Shown in pieces: positions 18,605 through 28,531 of a stretch of DNA of 64,000 bases (its first letter is position 1; every line of letters begins with the position of its first letter). Both the position numbers and the translations under genes were made by a program. Source of the stretch: a virus. The stretch covers positions 341 to 64,340 of the IMG/VR virus record IMGVR_UViG_2899018882_000006; one strand, given 5' to 3'. The notes under the pieces were generated by a model, which was given only the letters and a program-made list of their open reading frames with translations, did not search any database and was not told where the DNA came from.

Positions 18605-18778
18605 TCACACCGCCTCGTAAGTCTTAACTGCGTCTTTGTCTTGCTCGATCAAGGCCGTAAGGGCGTCGCCCTTAATCTTGGTGGCGTTCGAAGGGTTGAT
18701 AATTAAACGGCCGATTTTCACGCTCTTTGTGAGATCAACCTTGTAAAGCTTTGCGGGATCAATTTTGGGCGCTGCCAT
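18605..18778 (-). CDS. Small hypothetical protein
   Basis: GGAG RBS, abuts fiber gene. Confidence 0.6.
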   Translation of the reverse strand: MAAPKIDPAKLYKVDLTKSVKIGRLIINPSNATKIKGDALTALIEQDKDAVKTYEAV

Positions 18779-18793
18779 TTGGCAAATCTCCAT

Positions 18794-18821
18794 AAAAAAA
18801 TACCCCGCTGTTAAAGCGGGG
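18794..18821 (-). terminator. Intrinsic terminator
   Basis: CCCCGC/GCGGGG stem followed by T7. Confidence 0.65.
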
Positions 18822-18841
18822 CAATTGTTGGCTTTGTAAGA

Positions 18842-21127
18842 TTAAGGATAACCGACGCTAATCGCTGAGGAGACGAGGAAAACCGTCAGCGCCGACGTGG
18901 TGCTGTAAGTCGTCTTGCGCTTCCACGACGTTACTGCCGTACCGAGCGTCCAGGTGAAGACTCGACGGATCGAGCCATCGGCCTGCACTTCGTCGGTGAC
19001 AGCCGTGGCGGCGGTTTCAGTACCGTAGCCGGACCCGGTCAGGATCGAACAGGACAGGTCATGGTTGACCTCGTCGTAATGCTCGAGCACGAGGATCTCG
19101 ATGATCTCCGTCACCGGCCCCGGCGCCACCCGTTCCTTCGTGATGTGCACGCCATTCGTCCGAGGACGAGATACCGTGACATTCGACTGTCCGAGGTTGA
19201 TGCCCGGCATAAGCTCGGTGGTGCCAAGGAGGACCATGCGAGCGTTGATGTTGGCAGGAAGATTGAACAGAGGCGAGGCACCGCTCGCAACCGCTTCAAT
19301 AGTATGCCAGACCGAACCAACCTGAACTTCGTACGAAATCTCGCAGCCATCCGGCACGACCTGCTTGGTGAGAAGGTCGATGCCGCAGATACCACCCGAG
19401 AGATTCCACGCCGTCAGGTTGACAGTAACGCGAGGGGCACTGAACTCTGCAACCAGCACTTCAAAGCAGGCGTCGAGAGAAATGCTACCCTGCGACCAGA
19501 GGCCGTCCGTCGATACGAAGAACGAACCCTGTGCGTACTTATTGTTTTCAGCCATCGCCAGCCAGTGGTTGCCGGAGGTGATGACGAACCAACCGTACCG
19601 CTTGCCACCTTCGAGGAAGACCGGCTCGATTGCAAACTTTGTCGCGATCGGGTGGATCTTCATGTCGGCAGCCGCAACAGTGGTGACCGCCAGACAGCTT
19701 CCGTAGTTTGGCGCACCGTTTTCGAACACCTCGCAAAGCCCGAGACGGACGTCACCGCCGCCCGCATCAACGCGACTGAAGTAGATGTTGAAACCGGGAA
19801 CCCAACCGGAGCGAGGCATCATGAAGGTATTGCCTGCCACCTGTCCGGTGTAGGACGCCTGCACGATTGTTGCCGCCCAATACGGTTCTTCGTAGGTGTC
19901 GTAGAAGATCTGACGCAGGCGCATGATGTAATGCGCCGGGCCGCCGTTATCCTGCGCAAACTCGACGTTATAGTTCGTGCCGTCGTTCTTGTAGAAGATG
20001 CCCTTCGTCTGATCGTACCGGCCGGTGCCCCACCACGCTGCGTTCGTGCAGACGAGGAACGGGTCGCCGTAGCGGATACGAGTCTTCGAGATAGTCTTCA
20101 GCGTGTAGGAGATCGTCTGCGAGCCGCCGTTTGCAAGAGCGTGCTCGGTCGATTTCTCAGTGATCGAGATCAGGTTATTCTCGGTGTAACGCGGCAAGAC
20201 CATGCCGCCCGTCGACACCTGAATGCTGGTGTCAGATGGTGTCAGAAGGCCGAGGGTGATCTGCGCCGAGTTATCGTCAGCGAACCGGATGCCTTCTTCC
20301 ACCTTCGTCACTGACTGCAGATGCTCGAGATCGCTATCCGTTTCGTCGAGGAAGTAATCCGACTTCGAGTAGGACTTACCTTCCGGCATCCCGGTCATTT
20401 CCGCCACGCGAGCGAGCTGCTCGAGGAGGTAGATCTGCATCTGGCGTGACAGCTTATCAGAGTTGGATGCGACCAGCTTGGACACGTCGGTCTTGAGACC
20501 TTCGACGACCGGCTGCGTTTCATCCATCCAGCCTTCTAGCACCTGCACGCGGGAGTCCAGCGACCGCATCGTGGTGATGCGATTGTCCGTGCTCTGCTCG
20601 ACCAGTACGATTTCCGTCGAGGAGAGTGTCACCCAGGCGATGACCGTATTGGCACTATCGACCACCGGCTTCGACGGGGAGGGTGCCTGATCGCCGAGCT
20701 GGATTGCCACGTTGACCTTGCGCCATTCGACGGTTGCCGTTGGCTGCGGGTCCACCTGCGGCGGATAGACCGAACCATTGACCACGAAATCGCGAGGCTC
20801 GGTCCCGTCATTCGCCGTCTGTGCCTGAAGCAGGATCGCAACAATGCGGCGGTTGCCGGAGGTCGGCATGTGCGCCAGGAGATTGAGAACCGTCGCGTTG
20901 TCGCCGCCCGTGAAGAGCTTCCCGTCCTTGAAAAGGATGACAGGTGTTTCAACCGTGACCTGCGTCGTTGCCGTCTTGGCGACCGTTGCGCCTGAGTAGC
21001 AAGCATCGAGTGCGCCGCTGACTGCTGCCGAGATTAAGGTATCCATGGCATCGCGAGGGAACTCAGCGAGGTTCTCGAAATCGCTGAGGGTCGCGTTCTG
21101 GTTGGCGGTAAAGCGGGCAATCTTCAT
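18842..21127 (-). CDS. Large baseplate/tail-associated structural protein
   Basis: 761 aa, beta-rich, coupled to gpI-like gene. Confidence 0.7.
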   Translation of the reverse strand: MKIARFTANQNATLSDFENLAEFPRDAMDTLISAAVSGALDACYSGATVAKTATTQVTVETPVILFKDGKLFTGGDNATVLNLLAHMPTSGNRRIVAILLQAQTANDGTEPRDFVVNGSVYPPQVDPQPTATVEWRKVNVAIQLGDQAPSPSKPVVDSANTVIAWVTLSSTEIVLVEQSTDNRITTMRSLDSRVQVLEGWMDETQPVVEGLKTDVSKLVASNSDKLSRQMQIYLLEQLARVAEMTGMPEGKSYSKSDYFLDETDSDLEHLQSVTKVEEGIRFADDNSAQITLGLLTPSDTSIQVSTGGMVLPRYTENNLISITEKSTEHALANGGSQTISYTLKTISKTRIRYGDPFLVCTNAAWWGTGRYDQTKGIFYKNDGTNYNVEFAQDNGGPAHYIMRLRQIFYDTYEEPYWAATIVQASYTGQVAGNTFMMPRSGWVPGFNIYFSRVDAGGGDVRLGLCEVFENGAPNYGSCLAVTTVAAADMKIHPIATKFAIEPVFLEGGKRYGWFVITSGNHWLAMAENNKYAQGSFFVSTDGLWSQGSISLDACFEVLVAEFSAPRVTVNLTAWNLSGGICGIDLLTKQVVPDGCEISYEVQVGSVWHTIEAVASGASPLFNLPANINARMVLLGTTELMPGINLGQSNVTVSRPRTNGVHITKERVAPGPVTEIIEILVLEHYDEVNHDLSCSILTGSGYGTETAATAVTDEVQADGSIRRVFTWTLGTAVTSWKRKTTYSTTSALTVFLVSSAISVGYP

Positions 21128-22407
21128 AGTGAAGTCCTCTCAATGGGAACCATGCCGTCCCATTTCTGGTCGGCTGTGAAACTTAGATCGGCGATGCGCA
21201 TGGGGCGGTAGGTCGCCGTGGTGAACCAGATCTGGTCACGCAGAGAACGCGACTTGTAGATCGCTTCCCCGACGTCCTTGACGCGCTCGGTCGCGAGACC
21301 GATATGGCAATTGCCGACGAAAGCGTGACCGACGTAGCTCCACATTCCCTCTCTGCGGTAGGTAGCCTTGACCCTGAGCAGAGCGGTGTATGAAGTGAGG
21401 CCGATGTAGCTGTAGTTGATGAACGGCGAGAACAGGCCAGCCGCCTGTCCGATCCGCGCCTTGGTATCATCCAGCAACCGCCAGCGGTCGTAGATGTGGA
21501 GCGCAGACGCATCCGAATAGACATGCGTGTAGTTGACGCCGGTCTTGCTTCCCGTCGCCAGAACGGCTTCGAGGTAGCGCGCGCTATGCCGTTCGTAGAC
21601 TCGCTCTGGCGCGATACTCAGCGGAGTCACGCTCTCGACGCCGTGCGGGATCTGCCCAGAGCCGAAGGTTCCGTCCTGACCGATGGTGATCAGCCGGCCA
21701 CGGTTCTTGTCGGCGACGTAGGAAAGCCCCACGTAGCAATTGTCCACGACGGTATCGATCGGGTTGTAGTCTGCTGGTATGGCAAACGTTGTGACGTCGA
21801 CCGCCGCATCGCTGCCCCATGTGCCGATCTGGTCGAATGACCGGATCTCGGTCTCCACCTCATCCTCGACGATAGTGGCCCGACGCCCGTAGTACCGTGC
21901 AGCCTCGTTCTCCATAACGAAGAATCCGCCAACGTAACCCGGCACTGTGCGCAGTCCATCTCCGACAGCGAAGGCCGGGCGCTCACCCGGTATGCTGTAA
22001 GGATAGAGCCGAAGCTCGGCGAACTGTTCCCGCCACTTGTTGAGCGCATCAGCCGAATAGTCCGTCAGGTACATGCCGACAGGCGGGATGACCGCGTCGT
22101 AGATGCTGGCGTCCACAAAAGACAGATACTTATTGATCCCCGGCAGAGTGCCCTTCAGGCCCTTCATGCCGTAGATTTCAGCCGTTATCCGGCGTTTCTT
22201 CCACTCCGGCCAGTTGTCTCTCCAGAGATCAACGCCGCGTCCCCATGCAAGGAATGGAAGGTGCGAGACCGAAGTGAGATACGGATCGCGCATTCTCTTG
22301 ACGAGATCGACATCCACCCGATTGACGGAGAAGGCAGCAAGTCCTTCAAGCGCCTTCTCAAAATCGGTCGCGTTCAGTGGGAGCAAAGACTCACCGCTAT
22401 CCATCAC
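21124..22407 (-). CDS. Tail protein I (P2 gpI-like), extended
   Basis: SLLPLNATDFEKAL, LPFLAWGRGVDLW, WPEWKKR, KGTLPGI. Confidence 0.85.
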   Translation of the reverse strand: MMDSGESLLPLNATDFEKALEGLAAFSVNRVDVDLVKRMRDPYLTSVSHLPFLAWGRGVDLWRDNWPEWKKRRITAEIYGMKGLKGTLPGINKYLSFVDASIYDAVIPPVGMYLTDYSADALNKWREQFAELRLYPYSIPGERPAFAVGDGLRTVPGYVGGFFVMENEAARYYGRRATIVEDEVETEIRSFDQIGTWGSDAAVDVTTFAIPADYNPIDTVVDNCYVGLSYVADKNRGRLITIGQDGTFGSGQIPHGVESVTPLSIAPERVYERHSARYLEAVLATGSKTGVNYTHVYSDASALHIYDRWRLLDDTKARIGQAAGLFSPFINYSYIGLTSYTALLRVKATYRREGMWSYVGHAFVGNCHIGLATERVKDVGEAIYKSRSLRDQIWFTTATYRPMRIADLSFTADQKWDGMVPIERTSL

Positions 22408-23297
22408 GCCACCTCGACGATTACCTCTGGTACATAGACCGTTCCGTATTTGCCCGGATCGACATCGGTTGATGGCTCGATTACCACCACGCTTTCCAGC
22501 GCATTGCCGTTATGAGCGGCGGCGATAATTCCATCTGCGCGCAGCACCGTTCCGATTGCAGATCGCGAGCTGACGTAACTCTGAATCGAAGCCTTGGCCT
22601 TGGAGACGGTCGTGGACACGTCTGGACCTGTCTGCGCCGTGACCTTCACCCGGATAACCTGGCTCACAATCGTGGCCGAGCGCACGTAGACATTGTCGGT
22701 CAGCGGTCGCCGGGTCTTCGCAGACAGTGCGTCGTAGACCTTCGTGACCACGTCCTGGCTGACAGTGCCGTCGCCTTCGCGTCCTAGGAGGATGATGTCG
22801 CACCGATTGTTTTCGCCCTTTATAGCCTCGACCTGCTTGATGCTGCCGTCAGCTGACCATGCGAAAAATCGGTATGCATCTTCCGGCCCGGCTGCAGCGT
22901 ATCCGTCCGGCGCGAGGTTGCGGCGCTGCCGGAACTCCTCATCACTTTCGTAGACGGGGTTCCCTTCATCGTCGTAACGAATGATCCGGCGCGTCATGCC
23001 GAAGTCAGCTGCGAAGTTATCGAGATCCGTCCCGGTCGCCGTCGCCAGCATCACAGCGCGAGCCACCTGATTGGCACGTGCGCGCCAAAGGAGTTCTCGG
23101 TATGCGAATGCTTCGATGACGATCTTGACCGGGTCCGTTTCGAGCATCTCGACGTTGTACGCCGGGAGCTCTGGTTTTGTTTCCCGCACCTTGGCCCACC
23201 GCTCTTTGAAGTCGGCGACCATCTCATTCAGGATGGTTTCGTAATCGAGAGTTTCGATAACGTCCGGCAGCGGGACAAGTGTCAGGTCGATAGCCAC
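22404..23297 (-). CDS. Baseplate assembly protein J
   Basis: IDLTLVPLPDVIETLDYE, ATGTDLD, ESDEEFR, AAGPEDAY, RPLTD. Confidence 0.95.
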   Translation of the reverse strand: MAIDLTLVPLPDVIETLDYETILNEMVADFKERWAKVRETKPELPAYNVEMLETDPVKIVIEAFAYRELLWRARANQVARAVMLATATGTDLDNFAADFGMTRRIIRYDDEGNPVYESDEEFRQRRNLAPDGYAAAGPEDAYRFFAWSADGSIKQVEAIKGENNRCDIILLGREGDGTVSQDVVTKVYDALSAKTRRPLTDNVYVRSATIVSQVIRVKVTAQTGPDVSTTVSKAKASIQSYVSSRSAIGTVLRADGIIAAAHNGNALESVVVIEPSTDVDPGKYGTVYVPEVIVEVA

Positions 23298-23324
23298 GTT
23301 CTAATCCTCTCGAAGGGGAAGGCG

Positions 23325-23747
23325 TCAGACCGTGCCGACCAGAAGCTTCCCTTCGGATTCCGTAAGGGAGAGATAGGCAGCACGTTCGACAGGGTTGGAA
23401 TAGTCACCGAGATGGCCGTTCTCGAAGAACACGCCGCTCACCTCGAGCCTAACAATGCCGGGGGTTTCAACATCGAGATTGGCGCGCAGAAGAACGAAGC
23501 CCGGTTCCCCGAGCTGCCTGCCTTCCTCGACACGGGCTTCAAGTGCCTGTGCCGTTGCGACATACAGGTCGACGATAGTGTCGACGTTCTGCGGCCTGTC
23601 GATGATGCTCGGGAGATCCGAGCCAAACCCGCGCAGCTGAACTCGCTCGCCGAGTTCCGTTGTCAGAATGGTGACTATGCTCTGCAGGCAGTGGTCCCAT
23701 CCGAAGAGGCATCGACCGGTTTTAGCGTCAATGCCGACCCGAGCCAT
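23325..23747 (-). CDS. Baseplate wedge protein W / gp25-like
   Basis: GIDAKTG, QSIVTILTTELGERV, FGSDL. Confidence 0.9.
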   Translation of the reverse strand: MARVGIDAKTGRCLFGWDHCLQSIVTILTTELGERVQLRGFGSDLPSIIDRPQNVDTIVDLYVATAQALEARVEEGRQLGEPGFVLLRANLDVETPGIVRLEVSGVFFENGHLGDYSNPVERAAYLSLTESEGKLLVGTV

Positions 23748-23947
23748 TAGCGCGTCTTCTTATCCAGAACGACCGGGGATGGTTCAGTCTTCGGAGACTC
23801 CGCCTTGACGCTGGCCTCGCCAACCAAGCCCGAAAGCACAAGGTACTTGGCTTCACGGTCGGTCAACTGGATGCGTGCGCCCTTGGCGCGATGTGCACCG
23901 GCGATGAACCCTTCGGCATTCACGACGTAGGTTTTCTTGCTGCTCAT
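23747..23947 (-). CDS. Hypothetical protein
   Basis: 66-aa ORF with AGGAG RBS. Confidence 0.65.
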   Translation of the reverse strand: MSSKKTYVVNAEGFIAGAHRAKGARIQLTDREAKYLVLSGLVGEASVKAESPKTEPSPVVLDKKTR

Positions 23948-23958
23948 TGATCTGCTCC

Positions 23959-24501
23959 TTAATTGGACGGAACGTCGGTATTGGCGCCGCCTGGAACGAC
24001 CCCGCCATGGATGTGTGAGCTGCCGACATTCTTGCCGTCATGCTCCTGCTTCCCACCGGTCTGGGTGAATCCCTCACCAGTGAACTGATAGGTCGTGCCG
24101 CCGACCTCTATGAAGAGGCCTTCGGCCGTATGGGTGATGGCGGCCCCGCCGATCACGACGCGCTTCTCTGCGCTCTTGTTGTGCGGCTGTGGCGTATCGT
24201 CGGTGAACCCGCCCTTGATGATAAAGGACTTGCTTAGCTCACCGTCCGGCGAGACCAGCATGACGCGCTGACCAACCGATAGCGGTGTCCATTCATTGAT
24301 GTCGCCCGCCTGTTCCGACCACGACGTTGGCGGGGAGTCGATGCCGTGAGCTGTCACGATGGCCGTGCCGTTCTCGTAGTCGACTTCCTTCACCACGCCT
24401 TCACGGAACATATTGTTCTGTCTGACAGACATGCGCCGGACGACGTTCTCCATGGACTCGATGCGCTCGATCAGCCTGTCGAAGAAAGTGAAAGAGGTCA
24501 T
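23959..24501 (-). CDS. Baseplate spike protein V
   Basis: GVVKEVD, SVGQRVMLVSPDG, C-terminal HIHGGV. Confidence 0.9.
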   Translation of the reverse strand: MTSFTFFDRLIERIESMENVVRRMSVRQNNMFREGVVKEVDYENGTAIVTAHGIDSPPTSWSEQAGDINEWTPLSVGQRVMLVSPDGELSKSFIIKGGFTDDTPQPHNKSAEKRVVIGGAAITHTAEGLFIEVGGTTYQFTGEGFTQTGGKQEHDGKNVGSSHIHGGVVPGGANTDVPSN

Positions 24502-25265
24502 GTCGAAATCCCTTGATGCTGCCAAACGATAGGCGTCGTCAGGAGAGGCTGTGCACCTGTCGGAGAGCCGAGTTTTTCTGCAAGGTCGCGGGTATATCCG
24601 AGCATCTTCATTGCCCGGTCATTCGGCGTGTCCGCTGCATTGGCCGTGAGCATGGCGACAATATCGTCAACCCGGTCGCTGTAATCGGGGAAGGTCTGAA
24701 GCCTATCGAGAAAACGTTGGATGTCACCGGGAATAACGCCTGCGGCATTCTCCCGGATCGCCTTCATTTCCACCGTGACCTGTCGTGCTGCGAGACGCAG
24801 GCCGCCTTCAACGGATGCACCACGGCGGCTCACTACAGTCTGATATGACGTGCAGAGGTAGTTGAAAACGTCGCTGGCGATAGTGCCCTTGGTCAACGCG
24901 CGGAACATCTGAAGCTCGAGAGCATCCAGCGTCGTTTCGATCTCGCTATCCGTGGAAGGGCACTCGAGGCTGTACGGCTCCATAGCGCCGTCCTCGTCCT
25001 TCTTCACTGTCTGCACCACCAGCATTTCAAAGGTGAGCGACATGAGACGGTCTTCGTGGACGCGCCCGGCCTTCGGCCATGGATCTTTATCGTAGTCGGT
25101 ATAGACGACGACGCAGGGGAAAACCCTGTCGATCTTCATATCTTCAACCGGCTCGATCTTGGAATCGAAGATGAAAGGGCCGGCCAGCGTGGGCCACGGC
25201 TCTTCCAGATAATTGTTGAGCGCGCATACAGCGGCCATGCGGGTGAGGCTGCGATAAACACTCAT
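24498..25265 (-). CDS. Putative tail completion/neck protein
   Basis: Position between head and baseplate genes; PCVVVYTD. Confidence 0.55.
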   Translation of the reverse strand: MSVYRSLTRMAAVCALNNYLEEPWPTLAGPFIFDSKIEPVEDMKIDRVFPCVVVYTDYDKDPWPKAGRVHEDRLMSLTFEMLVVQTVKKDEDGAMEPYSLECPSTDSEIETTLDALELQMFRALTKGTIASDVFNYLCTSYQTVVSRRGASVEGGLRLAARQVTVEMKAIRENAAGVIPGDIQRFLDRLQTFPDYSDRVDDIVAMLTANAADTPNDRAMKMLGYTRDLAEKLGSPTGAQPLLTTPIVWQHQGIST

Positions 25266-25684
25266 GCCTGACCTCCGAGTTGCACAAGCATCAGGACAAC
25301 GCGGGATAGGCCGTCACGCTGCGAGGAGATGACTTGAAAGTCCGGTAGCTCCGGCCGGGTAGGGAATGACACCAGGTCGCCCTGCTTTGGCTCCTCTGCA
25401 CCAAGGGGGAAGTAGACGCGGTCAATCGACAGCTGCGGATCTCTGCCCGACTGAAGCGAACGCAGATCGTTCGCCTCACGGTAAGATCGACGCACGCCGA
25501 GCTGCACGCCATATTCGACTGAGATGTAATCGAAGATGCCTTTGCCGTTGACGACCTTGCGGGCTACGTCAGGGCCGGATCTCCCGTTCGGAGTCGACGC
25601 TTGTGGCGTAAACACGAACGGGATCGCGTTGACCCGATCGACCGTCTTGCTGATCACTCTGTCCATACGGTCGAACATTGCCAT
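25262..25684 (-). CDS. Putative head-tail joining protein
   Basis: PKQGDLV...DGLSRVVLML; synteny. Confidence 0.65.
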   Translation of the reverse strand: MAMFDRMDRVISKTVDRVNAIPFVFTPQASTPNGRSGPDVARKVVNGKGIFDYISVEYGVQLGVRRSYREANDLRSLQSGRDPQLSIDRVYFPLGAEEPKQGDLVSFPTRPELPDFQVISSQRDGLSRVVLMLVQLGGQA

Positions 25685-25696
25685 GGCGAAACCTCT

Positions 25697-25885
25697 TTAT
25701 TTCCCGGCCTTCTTACCTGATGCCGGAGCGGAGACTGATTTTACCAACTCGGCAACCTTAGCCTCGACGATCAGCCCAGCATCCCGGTAGCCCTTCGCAT
25801 CTTCATCGGAGAGGGAGACGACGTCCTTCTCGTAGACCGGTCGGCCCTTGAGAATGGTGTCCAGCAAGACGATGTACTGCTTCAT
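25697..25885 (-). CDS. Small hypothetical protein
   Basis: ORF in operon with GGAG RBS. Confidence 0.55.
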   Translation of the reverse strand: MKQYIVLLDTILKGRPVYEKDVVSLSDEDAKGYRDAGLIVEAKVAELVKSVSAPASGKKAGK

Positions 25886-25938
25886 TTGAATCTCCATGCG
25901 GAGAGCGGCGGCCCGTTACCAAGCCACCGCGCGCCGGA

Positions 25939-26265
25939 TTAGAAGTTGTCGTTCAGACGAACGCGGCCAACACCGGAAGGATTGGTAGCGGCTTCGACAG
26001 CAACACCGATCTTCGTATTGTCGGTGGAGACCGTCGTGGCGATGCCGTTGGCGTCAGCGTAAATCTCTGTGCCGACAGCCCAAGCCTGCGCCGAGGTTTT
26101 CGGCAGTTCATACACACCGCCGAGGGCGAGCTCGAACTCTTCGCCGATTGCTGCCGAGGTGGCGGCGATGCCGAAGATCTTGCCGACGACAACGAGCGAA
26201 CCCGAGGTGACGGCTGCGACCGCGACAACGGTGATAACCTTGCCGGGCTGAATGAAATTGCGCAT
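25939..26265 (-). CDS. Capsid cement/decoration protein (DUF2190-like)
   Basis: MRNFIQPG...GVYELPK...VRLN. Confidence 0.88.
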   Translation of the reverse strand: MRNFIQPGKVITVVAVAAVTSGSLVVVGKIFGIAATSAAIGEEFELALGGVYELPKTSAQAWAVGTEIYADANGIATTVSTDNTKIGVAVEAATNPSGVGRVRLNDNF

Positions 26266-26347
26266 GGGGATGCTCCCTTGTTTCGCACAAATGAATAGGG
26301 CGCCGACGGGGAGTCAGCGCCCTTGGTGATGGTGACCGAAGGCCAGA

Positions 26348-28531
26348 TTACTTGGCGGTGCCGGCGTTTTTGTACGCGAAGCGATAGTCGGTCAGGCCAA
26401 CACCGAAGTCGTGAGCCAGCGTGTATTCGACACCTTCGACATCGAAGCCGAGACGCTCGTTCGTACGCGGTGTTTCCGAACCGAGAAGGTGCAGGTAGTG
26501 GATACCGCGACCCATGGTCGACGCCGCATCAGCAAACAGGAACCAAGCCTTGGTGTTCAGAGCGTCAATGCGATGCTCATAAACCGGCTGGATCGAGCGG
26601 ATCACCTGCGGGACAACGTCATCCGTTTTGGTCGGAACGGTGATGCCGGTGATCAGCTTCTGGGCGACGGTTTCATTGTCAGCGCCGACAAAGAGGTACT
26701 TCGGCGTGACGTTGATAGATTCACCGTCGATATTCTTCTGCTTGCGGAAGTCCAGGCGAGCCGCTTCAAGGGAAGCCTGATCGATCGCGCTGCCGGTAGA
26801 GGCAAGGTTCTTATGGTCCGCGTGGAACAATGCCTTGCCGTCCTTCAGCTTCAGGACGTTATCGAGGATCGCGCCCCATACAATATCGCCTTCGAGCTTG
26901 GCTGCCTTCATGCCCCAATTGGCGACGAGCTGCATGAATGCGTTCAGCTGGTCGTTGATCAGCATTTCACGGGTGAACCCGATCTTGCGACCGTACGACT
27001 GGAGCTTCATGCCTTCTTCGGATTCTTTCACCGTGCCGGACTTGAACTCGCCGTTCTCGTTCTTCGGCAGCAGGTCAGGAGCCGAGCCGATGTCGAGAAC
27101 CTTCGTTTCACGGAAGTCGGAGAGGACCGTCCGGGTTGCGAAGAGCTGGAAGGTGTTTTCGTACAGGCCGTACGCATTAAGCAGCGTCTGCGTCGTGATG
27201 TCCTGAAGGATGATCGGGAAATCCGACGTGCTGTGAAGTGCGCGCTGTGCGATATCGTGCATCGAGCCGCGGGTGCTCTCGCCACGGGCGCGAAGCAACT
27301 CCTTGGCAATGTCCATGGTGGACATGGCGCGCCATTCGCGGGCACCGTCTTCCAACTTGGCAACCACGTTGTTGCGGTGAAGCAGCGCGTTCGCCACCAT
27401 ACGGCGCATGGTTTCCTGAGAGTCCTGCATGCCGCGAGTCTCCACGATGGGGAAGGTTGGAGACTGGTTCTGGCGTTCGACCATCTTGTCGAAGAGCGCG
27501 TTGCGGAATGCTTCCACATCCGTGCCGCCGTCGACAGCTGTGCGGACCATCTCGTCGCTTTCCTGGAAACCAGCAGTGCGGGCCAGGTCGTTGATGTCCT
27601 TGACGCGCTTGCGCTCGGCAGCGACGGCAGCGCGGGACTGCTCGGCTACTTCTGCCTGACTGACACCTGCTGGCTGCGTTACCGGAGCTGGCTGCTGTGC
27701 AGTGCGGGTCTGGGCGGCCTCGGCTGCCGCGCGGGTAGCAGCTTCAGCTTCATTACGCTGCTTATCTTCCTCGTCGTATGCAGCGATGAGGCGAGCGCGA
27801 AGGGCGTCGTCGTTTTCGCCGTCATTGCGGGAAAGACCAGCGCCGAGGGCCAGAGCGTCGAGCTTATCGCCGTTAAAGGACTTAGCTGCATCGCGCTTAT
27901 TCATGGGTGTTTTCTCCGTGAGAGGTGCGGCCTCGGCCGCGTCATGATTTTCCTGGCGAACCAGAACTTTTTCGACGTCCTTGCCAGTCGGCTCGGATCG
28001 AGAGATGGCCTCGGCATCCGCCGGTACGGGGACGATGGACAGCTCCATCGGTTCCCAATCGATGGCCCGGAGGATAGGCAACTGCCCGTCCGAACCTTCG
28101 GTCTTTTCGTAGCGGTGGATCTTGTAGCCCACCGAGATCGAGAGCGGATGTCCGTCCCGCAGATCCTGGAGGATCGCCTCGGCCTTTGCATTGCGTGAGA
28201 GCTTGATCAGGGCGTAGCCGCGACCATTCTCGATCCTCACGCTGCTCGGAATGACCGTGCCGAGACGTGAGTCCATGGACCACTGTTCGTGGGTATCGAG
28301 CAGGGACATGGCGTTGAAGCGGTCCATACGGATCGCCTTCTTGTCCACGGCCAGCTCTTCCATGTAGTAGCCTTCATCCCAGGAATACCGCTTGACCTTG
28401 GCGCCGGTTGTCCAGCAAACCTCGACCGTGCGGTCTTCCTCGTTGAAGGAATCCGAGCGCACCTCACACGCCGCGAAGGGCTTGGGGATGCGGATCTCTT
28501 TCTCAAGAGCCTCTCTAAGGGCTTTTGGCAT
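26348..28531 (-). CDS. Prohead protease-major capsid protein fusion
   Basis: N-terminal LLDTH, ISVGY, WEPMELSIVPVPAD; C-terminal HSTSDFP, LINDQL, LFHADHKNL, DFG...DYR. Confidence 0.92.
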   Translation of the reverse strand: MPKALREALEKEIRIPKPFAACEVRSDSFNEEDRTVEVCWTTGAKVKRYSWDEGYYMEELAVDKKAIRMDRFNAMSLLDTHEQWSMDSRLGTVIPSSVRIENGRGYALIKLSRNAKAEAILQDLRDGHPLSISVGYKIHRYEKTEGSDGQLPILRAIDWEPMELSIVPVPADAEAISRSEPTGKDVEKVLVRQENHDAAEAAPLTEKTPMNKRDAAKSFNGDKLDALALGAGLSRNDGENDDALRARLIAAYDEEDKQRNEAEAATRAAAEAAQTRTAQQPAPVTQPAGVSQAEVAEQSRAAVAAERKRVKDINDLARTAGFQESDEMVRTAVDGGTDVEAFRNALFDKMVERQNQSPTFPIVETRGMQDSQETMRRMVANALLHRNNVVAKLEDGAREWRAMSTMDIAKELLRARGESTRGSMHDIAQRALHSTSDFPIILQDITTQTLLNAYGLYENTFQLFATRTVLSDFRETKVLDIGSAPDLLPKNENGEFKSGTVKESEEGMKLQSYGRKIGFTREMLINDQLNAFMQLVANWGMKAAKLEGDIVWGAILDNVLKLKDGKALFHADHKNLASTGSAIDQASLEAARLDFRKQKNIDGESINVTPKYLFVGADNETVAQKLITGITVPTKTDDVVPQVIRSIQPVYEHRIDALNTKAWFLFADAASTMGRGIHYLHLLGSETPRTNERLGFDVEGVEYTLAHDFGVGLTDYRFAYKNAGTAK

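Noticed and set aside
11957..28198. Long plus-strand ORFs antisense to virion genes (e.g. 11957-13477, 19061-20314, 26411-28198)
   Set aside because: Shadow ORFs caused by high-GC codon bias; the opposite strand encodes recognisable proteins.
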